NCBI GenBank assembly: GCA_964644035.1
Contig: CAZXUH010000001.1
Location: 461,720 to 525,719 of the forward strand
Length of the DNA stretch: 64,000 nucleotides
Reading direction: 5' to 3'
DNA from: an uncultured Candidatus Saccharibacteria bacterium
Lineage (GTDB): Bacteria > Patescibacteriota > Minisyncoccia > Phycocordibacterales > DAORIS01
Below are positions 58,465 to 64,000 of this stretch, one piece after another (within the stretch, counting starts at the first letter, position 1; every line of letters starts with the position of its first letter). The notes under the pieces were generated by a model. The model was not told the DNA's origin, did not search any database, and saw only the letters and a list, made by a program, of their open reading frames with translations. Position numbers and translations under genes: made by a program.

Positions 58465-58537
58465 GCGCGTGTAGCTCAGTTGGTAGAGCAGCCGTCTTAT
58501 ACACGGCCGGTCCCTGGTTCGAGTCCAGGCACGCGCA
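58465..58537 (+). tRNA. tRNA-Ile (anticodon TAT, decoding AUA)
   Basis: GCGCGTGTAGCTCAGTTGGTAGAGCAGCCGTCTTATACACGGC...CACGCGCA. Anticodon stem is perfect, loop is CU-UAU-AC with A37. Confidence 0.75.
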
Positions 58538-58547
58538 CCGATAGAAG

Positions 58548-60503
58548 TTACTTACTTTCCTCCTTTTTCTTAGGCTGAATGCCAAAAATGATAAGCATTT
58601 TTTCGTATTCGTCTCTTTCAATCGTTTCTTCTTCCATGAGACGAGTTGCGATCGTATCTACAAGCTTACGATGTTTAGAAATAATATCCTCAGCCTTCTT
58701 CAATCCTTCATGCATAATACGAGACACTTCAGAATCTATTTCTGCACTGACTCTTTCTGAATATTCTCCATCTTCTCTTCCCCTACCGAAGAGCGCTCTA
58801 CCACCTTCGCCTTCGAGAGCCACGGGGCCGAGTTTGTCCGACATGCCATAGCGAGTGACCATGTCACGAGCGAGAGCAGTCGCGACCTGCAAGTCATTGG
58901 AAGGACCAGTCGTGAGATCACCATAAATAATTTTCTCTGTCACATATCCACCAAGAGACATGGCAATATCATCGAGAAATTCTTTCTTCGACTGAAGCTT
59001 GCGATCTTCAAGAGGAAGTTTGAGCGTATACCCTGCTGCTCTACCTCGAGAAATGATTGAGATTTTGTGCACAGGATCAGCAAATGGAAGTACCGAAGCG
59101 ACGACAGCATGACCAGCTTCATGATACGCAGTGAGTTCTTTCTCTCTTTTTGAAAGAACATGACTTTTTCTTTCAGGACCGAGCATGACTTTTTCTATCG
59201 AGCGTATGAGATCGTATTGAGAAACCTTTTTTCTATTTTCTCGTGCTGCTAAGATTGCTGCTTCATTCATAAGTGAGTACAAATCCGCACCAGAAAATCC
59301 TGGGGTGCGTTCTGCGACCACATCGAGATTGAAATCTTCGGCAAATGGCTTCTGTCGAGCATGAATCTTGAGAATCTCTACACGATCATGTCTATCAGGA
59401 AGATCAATTGTCACCCTTCGATCAAAACGTCCTGGTCGCAAGAGTGCAGGATCGAGGACATCAGGACGGTTTGTAGCCGCCATCACTATCACCTTTTCAT
59501 TTGGTTCAAATCCATCCATTTCGACAAGAATCTGGTTCAATGTCTGCTCACGTTCGTCATTGCCACCACCTACTCCCGTACCGCGCACGCGTCCTACTGC
59601 ATCGATTTCATCGACGAAAATAATAGCTGGCGCAGCGTGCTTAGCGAGCTTGAAGAGATCACGCACACGACTTGCTCCAACACCGACAAACATTTCCACA
59701 AATTCCGATCCAGAAATAGAAAAGAACGCCACCTGAGCTTCTCCAGCCACAGCTCGAGCGAGCAATGTCTTACCAGTACCAGGTGCACCCATCAAAATAA
59801 TACCCTTTGGAATCCGTGCACCAATATCGATAAATTTCTTTGGATTTTTCAGAAAATCGACGATCTCCATCAATTCTTCTTTGGCTTCTTTTGCACCAGC
59901 TACGTCCTTGAACGTTACTCTCTGATTTTTATCTTCCGGATCGATCAAGCGTGCTTTTGACTGACCAAAAGTAAATGCCTGCATACCCGATCCACGCATT
60001 TGTCGCATGAGGAACCAAATAAATACTACGAGAAATACAAGTGGAATGAGAAATGGCAATAGATTGACTGCCCAATATCCAAAACCCGTATCATCTTTGA
60101 CACTTATCTTCACACCAGCAAGTGCTTCTTTGGAAACACCGTAGTTTGAGAGCGTATCGGTGAGTGCTGTTCCCTCTTCTTTCTTTGCTGTCTTCGTTGT
60201 TGCAGGGATTGTGGGTTCAGTAGAACTTGCATTGATTACTTCGGGATACGAGATAACAAGATTGTCTCCAGTAACTTCTATCGATGAGACCTGACCGTTG
60301 GCAATATCGGCTGCGAGTTCTGAGATAGAAATCTGATTCTTACTATCACTGTGAGATGAGATCAGGCTGTAGCTGGCAATGATAAGTATAAAAATGACAA
60401 AGGCAGTCATTAGATTGCTCCAGAAACTCCTCTGCTTAGGTTGTTCGGGCTTCTGCACTGGTGGAAACGGAGGTTGTTTTTTATTGAAATTTTTTAGTGG
60501 CAT
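58548..60503 (-). CDS. ftsH: ATP-dependent zinc metalloprotease FtsH
   Basis: Walker [12 protein letters not shown] motif, HEAGH zinc site. Start taken at MPLKNF (60503); the upstream ORF-track extension overlaps the next gene. Confidence 0.9.
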   Translation of the reverse strand: MPLKNFNKKQPPFPPVQKPEQPKQRSFWSNLMTAFVIFILIIASYSLISSHSDSKNQISISELAADIANGQVSSIEVTGDNLVISYPEVINASSTEPTIPATTKTAKKEEGTALTDTLSNYGVSKEALAGVKISVKDDTGFGYWAVNLLPFLIPLVFLVVFIWFLMRQMRGSGMQAFTFGQSKARLIDPEDKNQRVTFKDVAGAKEAKEELMEIVDFLKNPKKFIDIGARIPKGIILMGAPGTGKTLLARAVAGEAQVAFFSISGSEFVEMFVGVGASRVRDLFKLAKHAAPAIIFVDEIDAVGRVRGTGVGGGNDEREQTLNQILVEMDGFEPNEKVIVMAATNRPDVLDPALLRPGRFDRRVTIDLPDRHDRVEILKIHARQKPFAEDFNLDVVAERTPGFSGADLYSLMNEAAILAARENRKKVSQYDLIRSIEKVMLGPERKSHVLSKREKELTAYHEAGHAVVASVLPFADPVHKISIISRGRAAGYTLKLPLEDRKLQSKKEFLDDIAMSLGGYVTEKIIYGDLTTGPSNDLQVATALARDMVTRYGMSDKLGPVALEGEGGRALFGRGREDGEYSERVSAEIDSEVSRIMHEGLKKAEDIISKHRKLVDTIATRLMEEETIERDEYEKMLIIFGIQPKKKEESK

Positions 60504-60600
60504 AGGCGCAGTATACACAATTTTCTCCCATAAAAAAAATAAACGCCTCCGCAAAAAATTCATAAGAATCTTTCTTGGAGGCGTTGTGTACGTAGCGTAT

Positions 60601-61164
60601 CTACTCACCTCGAACCATACCAGCTTGAATGAGCAAATACTCCATGATCGGTTCGAGCTTATCGAGACACTTACGAGCACCAACAGGATGCCACTTAGGA
60701 TCCTTTGATGTCTTGTCGAGGATAGGCTCGAAACCAGGAGGCACGAGCATCTTCCAGACATGCATCCGCGTATGAGCAGCAGGCAATGGTCCTTCTTCGT
60801 TTTCAGACGATGGATTGAAGACATCTTGCTGATGACTGAATTCGATCTGCTTAATCTGTTCGGGTCTCAGACCTGCCTCACGCTTGGCAAGCCGATACAA
60901 AGCATCTTTAGACCGCTCACCTATCCGCTGCCGCCCGCCAAAAATCCAGCGCACATCGGACCACATGCCGCCAACGCGAGTGATGAGTAAGTATTCGTAA
61001 CGCTTGAGAACATCATTGTGCCGTATCAAAATGAAATCGTCGGTCGGTATGACCGTATTGGCCAAGATCGTCCTATACACCTCTGCATTGAGATGTCCCT
61101 TGTCCATCTGGGCCAATTTTTCATCGTTGGCAAACATTAATGCCTGTAACTTTTTCGGGTCCAT
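60601..61164 (-). CDS. NUDIX-family hydrolase (degenerate Nudix box)
   Basis: GGRQRIGERSKDALYRLAKREAGL approximates GX5EX7REUXEEXGU, though several catalytic Glu positions are substituted. Start taken at MDPKKL. Confidence 0.45.
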   Translation of the reverse strand: MDPKKLQALMFANDEKLAQMDKGHLNAEVYRTILANTVIPTDDFILIRHNDVLKRYEYLLITRVGGMWSDVRWIFGGRQRIGERSKDALYRLAKREAGLRPEQIKQIEFSHQQDVFNPSSENEEGPLPAAHTRMHVWKMLVPPGFEPILDKTSKDPKWHPVGARKCLDKLEPIMEYLLIQAGMVRGE

Positions 61165-61298
61165 ACGTCCCAGCCTTTCTAAGGTGTGAAAAGAGCACTG
61201 TTCTTGAACTAAAATTATTTTATCACGAAAAAATAGAAAGGTCAATTATTTGTGACAACAAAAAACCACCTCTTTCGAGGTGGCTTCTTGTTTGGAGC

Positions 61299-61496
61299 TT
61301 ATGCTCGCTGTACGTTCACAGCGTTTGGACCCTTTGGAGAGTCTTCAACCTGGAAAGTAACGGTATCGCCTTCGCGAAGTTCATCGAACTGTACGCCGAC
61401 GAGGCCATTGCTGTGGAAGAACAAGTCCTTACCACCGTCTTCAGTACCGATGAAACCGAAACCCTTGGGCATGATTTTCTTGATTGTGCCTTTCAT
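61299..61496 (-). CDS. cspA: Cold-shock protein (CspA family)
   Basis: GTIKKIMPKGFGFI...DLFFH carries the RNP1/RNP2 motifs. Length 65 aa. Confidence 0.9.
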   Translation of the reverse strand: MKGTIKKIMPKGFGFIGTEDGGKDLFFHSNGLVGVQFDELREGDTVTFQVEDSPKGPNAVNVQRA

Positions 61497-61627
61497 GTGA
61501 TTGGTTTATTGGTTATTAAAATACAAATAGTGTACGTTTAGGAATTCAACCTTGTTTGAACCATAACTCTTTGCCGCTCAACACTAGGATATAAAGCTCG
61601 CACTGTCAACTAGCTTGGGACTGAGCT

Positions 61628-61674
61628 GAAAAGAAAAAGCCGCAGATCAGTCATTGCGACTTTTCTGCGGCTTG
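61628..61674 (-). terminator. Rho-independent terminator (AAGCCGCAGA-loop-TCTGCGGCTT)
   Basis: 10-bp perfect inverted repeat followed by TTTTTCTTTT on the minus strand. Confidence 0.55.
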
Positions 61675-61697
61675 AACTTAAAAACTCTAGGATACCC

Positions 61698-61955
61698 TCA
61701 GTTGCGGTGCTTGGCCTGCTCTCGCTTGCGCTCGATGACGGCACGGGCCATCTTCTGAAAATCGTTCATCTCGTCTGTCGGCATGGTTGCTATGATTCTG
61801 GCGGCGCGACCCAAGCTGGAGACCTTTTCCCGATCGGCAGTACCGGCTTCGAGATCGATTCCGGCCAGAGCCAGTGCCTTCGCTTGCTCGGGGTCCTTCT
61901 TCACTGCGTCACGGAAATGCTTCAGGACGTGAGGAGGCAAATTAACAGTGCCCAT
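61698..61955 (-). CDS. Hypothetical small helical protein on a GC-rich island
   Basis: 85 aa. AAGGAG SD 7 nt upstream of the ATG. Own terminator. Local GC is far above the flanks. Confidence 0.4.
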   Translation of the reverse strand: MGTVNLPPHVLKHFRDAVKKDPEQAKALALAGIDLEAGTADREKVSSLGRAARIIATMPTDEMNDFQKMARAVIERKREQAKHRN

Positions 61956-62022
61956 TGAATCTCCTTCTGTGAGTTTGTTATTGATCTTTTTTAATTATAG
62001 CACATTTAGTAGTTTTGTCAAC

Positions 62023-62226
62023 TTATTTCTGATACTCCAAAATATCCCCCGGCTGGCATTGCAAGGCTTTGCAAATCGCTTCGAGAGTCGAAAATCTGAC
62101 CGCCTTTGCCTTTCCATTTTTCAAAATAGAAAGATTGGCCATGGTGATTCCAACTTTTTCTGTGAGTTCGGTGACGCTCATTTTCCGTTTGGCCAGCATC
62201 ACGTCTATGTTAATGATGATTCCCAT
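62023..62226 (-). CDS. YozG/Cro-type HTH transcriptional regulator
   Basis: MSVTELTEKVGITMANLSILKNGKAKAVRFSTLEAICKALQCQPGDIL is the classic YozG-family HTH pattern. Confidence 0.8.
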   Translation of the reverse strand: MGIIINIDVMLAKRKMSVTELTEKVGITMANLSILKNGKAKAVRFSTLEAICKALQCQPGDILEYQK

Positions 62227-62236
62227 AATATTTTAT

Positions 62237-62719
62237 TTAGACGGTTAAGTCGTTCTCAGATTTAATATCTATTGCATTCTGTACGAGCTTCTGAAGAACA
62301 GCTGCAAACACAGCAACTACAAGTGGCGCACAAACAAATGCCATTCCTATAGGTACAGCACCTGGAGCATCGTCAGCCTCTGCTACCCAAAAGAAAAGTG
62401 GAATGGCCCCCGAAAAAACTACTGTCATAGCAATCGCAGCGTATTTAATATGCTTTAGAGCATTGACTGACAAATCTGAGAAAGCTTTGTTCTTATCGAT
62501 ATAGCTGAGTAGTTTAAACGTTTCCCATATAGCAATGAAGAAAGTTACTGTCGCAGCATACAGACCAGCCAAAATCATGCTCGGCGAGTATGGCATACCT
62601 GGAAATTCTGCCACTATCCCCCTACTTGCTGGTGGAAAGGCAAAGATGCATAGAGCAAGTACTCCTAATGTTGCGAGCACAAGCACTCCTCTCAAAAATA
62701 ATGTTGACCCTTGTTTCAT
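62237..62719 (-). CDS. DUF2975-like membrane protein partnered with YozG regulator
   Basis: 160 aa, 4-TM protein immediately upstream of the HTH gene. This pairing is conserved in many bacteria. Confidence 0.5.
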   Translation of the reverse strand: MKQGSTLFLRGVLVLATLGVLALCIFAFPPASRGIVAEFPGMPYSPSMILAGLYAATVTFFIAIWETFKLLSYIDKNKAFSDLSVNALKHIKYAAIAMTVVFSGAIPLFFWVAEADDAPGAVPIGMAFVCAPLVVAVFAAVLQKLVQNAIDIKSENDLTV

Positions 62720-62892
62720 AATGATTGCTTATTTGTTAATGAAATAAGCCTAACATATCATTTATCGTTTAGCAATAAATATATATTGTTAATATATACA
62801 TAGCAGTCCTAGGAAAATTTCACAACGAAAAAGCCACGGAACTGCTGTAGCTTTTCCGTGGCCTATATACCAATACTGAAGACCAGTGAATA

Positions 62893-63297
62893 TTAGCCGC
62901 GCTTGAAACCCAGAGTGACAATGTATGGCTCAAATTTATTCTCGAGCCACGAATCAAACTCATCCTGGGAATCAAATGGTGCTTCCTCCATCTGACCGAT
63001 ATCAACTTCAGCATCCACCCGATGCTTTATAATTCCGCCCTCACCGATCCCGTGGTGGACATGAATTACCTTGGCATTGATGGATTGAATTGATACCGAC
63101 GCAACAGTATTGATCCCAAGAAATTCTCCAATTCTTGGCAAAGCCGGAGTTGAAAGTTGCCTGTGAAAAAAGATGGTCATTGTATCAATTTTCACATTCT
63201 TGTACTGACCCACAAATTCAATGTTGGCTTCAAATTTCATACTATATACCTTCTCAGATCGGACAGTGGTCCAGATCAATCGTGCATGTGTCGACAT
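62893..63297 (-). CDS. Hypothetical protein
   Basis: ORF of 134 aa (or 115 aa from MKFEAN). No recognisable motif. Confidence 0.3.
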   Translation of the reverse strand: MSTHARLIWTTVRSEKVYSMKFEANIEFVGQYKNVKIDTMTIFFHRQLSTPALPRIGEFLGINTVASVSIQSINAKVIHVHHGIGEGGIIKHRVDAEVDIGQMEEAPFDSQDEFDSWLENKFEPYIVTLGFKRG

Positions 63298-63431
63298 GCT
63301 TTTATCACGATTTCGAAACGAAAAGAAGGTCCTTTCTGGTGTATATTATACACTATATAATTATTTAAGTCAATATATTGGAGATGGCTTGGGAAAATCA
63401 GCATTGATTCTATTACATTATCTGATGTAAT

Positions 63432-63488
63432 TCCAAGGTTGAAATAAAAAAACCGCGAGAGGTCGTAGAGAATTGAATCTCTTATGAC
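63432..63488 (-). terminator. Rho-independent terminator (CCGCGAGAG...CTCTCGCGG, long loop)
   Basis: 9-bp inverted repeat followed by TTTTTTTATTT on the minus strand, downstream of the 63510..63824 gene. Confidence 0.4.
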
Positions 63489-63509
63489 TTTCTCGCGGCG
63501 TGATCGGTT

Positions 63510-63824
63510 TCAAGCAGGAATAAGTTCGACCGAGTCGAGGTTCCTCCAGAGATACTTCTGAAAACGAGCTGCGTTGAATTTGTCTCTGGTAAACACGACC
63601 CAGGTTCGGTCGCGAACACGGTTCCATCGCTTGAATGCTCCGCAGGTTAGGAGCCTATCAAAGGATTCTGTATCTGGAAAACCAAAATATCCCCGATCGA
63701 TGAGATTGTTGAAACAAGACATGGCCGTCTCGATTTGATCATGCGAAACTTTTTTGAACACAAGCTTAAGCTTGGTCCCCTTCACAACCTGGTCAACAAT
63801 TTTCTGAAGTTTGGTTTTATCCAT
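63510..63824 (-). CDS. Hypothetical protein
   Basis: 104 aa ORF with a downstream terminator. No motif recognised. Confidence 0.35.
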   Translation of the reverse strand: MDKTKLQKIVDQVVKGTKLKLVFKKVSHDQIETAMSCFNNLIDRGYFGFPDTESFDRLLTCGAFKRWNRVRDRTWVVFTRDKFNAARFQKYLWRNLDSVELIPA

Positions 63825-64000
63825 TAAGTACCTCCAGTATGAATGTTTCTTATAGATCCTTGATAGTAACGACTACCTAGGAACAACTACAATTATAGTA
63901 ACATAATTATATAAAAAGTCAATGATTAGGCTAAATCAACTGCTTAACATCACCTTCCCACTTAAGTTTTAGATAAGATGCCTATTCCTAAAAGCAAAGC

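Noticed and set aside
58315-58621. ORFs 58315..58578 (+) and 58385..58621 (-)
   Set aside because: Both overlap tRNA-Ile(TAT) and read through tRNA stems (..GSSPGTRT..). These are artifacts.
60504-60824. 107-codon N-terminal extension of the FtsH ORF
   Set aside because: It overlaps the NUDIX gene on the same strand, is Cys/Ser-rich, and has no TM helix before MPLKNF. The start at 60503 gives the normal FtsH N-terminus.

Overview
This 64 kb window reads like a small, gene-dense, mostly minus-strand bacterial chromosome segment with standard genetic code (TGA is used as a stop codon and prfB/RF2 is present). My guess is a Patescibacteria/CPR-like genome (inference only). Gene content supporting that: gatCA, ligA, ftsEX-prfB, pyrG, ftsH, recG, many small membrane and secreted proteins, several ABC exporters, and a complete type IV pilus/competence locus. 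No rRNA genes and no CRISPR array are present.

Main features:
- Three ABC exporter modules: two ABC-2 permease + ATPase pairs flanking surface proteins, and one HlyD–MacB-like set.
- An ABC-F ATPase.
- A complete type IV pilus/competence locus at 37.7–51.4 kb: vWA-domain pilin-like adhesin, three minor pilins, PilD, two tandem PilA genes, PilC, PilT, a CheY-like receiver, PilB, a PilP-like protein, PilO, PilN, PilM, and a divergent ComF.
- Eight tRNA genes, including a rare tRNA-Ile(UAU) and an initiator-like tRNA-Met.
- A GA/CT-rich palindromic REP/MITE-like repeat family inserted around the pilin genes together with a DUF559 endonuclease gene.
- Several short GC-rich single-gene islands inside an AT-richer background.
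- A tRNA-Ser with a nearby duplicate of its 3' end.
- prfB without the canonical +1 frameshift site.
- An orphan PurO-like gene.
- A membrane-anchored HEPN/DUF4145 protein.

All functional calls come from reading motifs in the supplied translations and DNA. No database searches were run.
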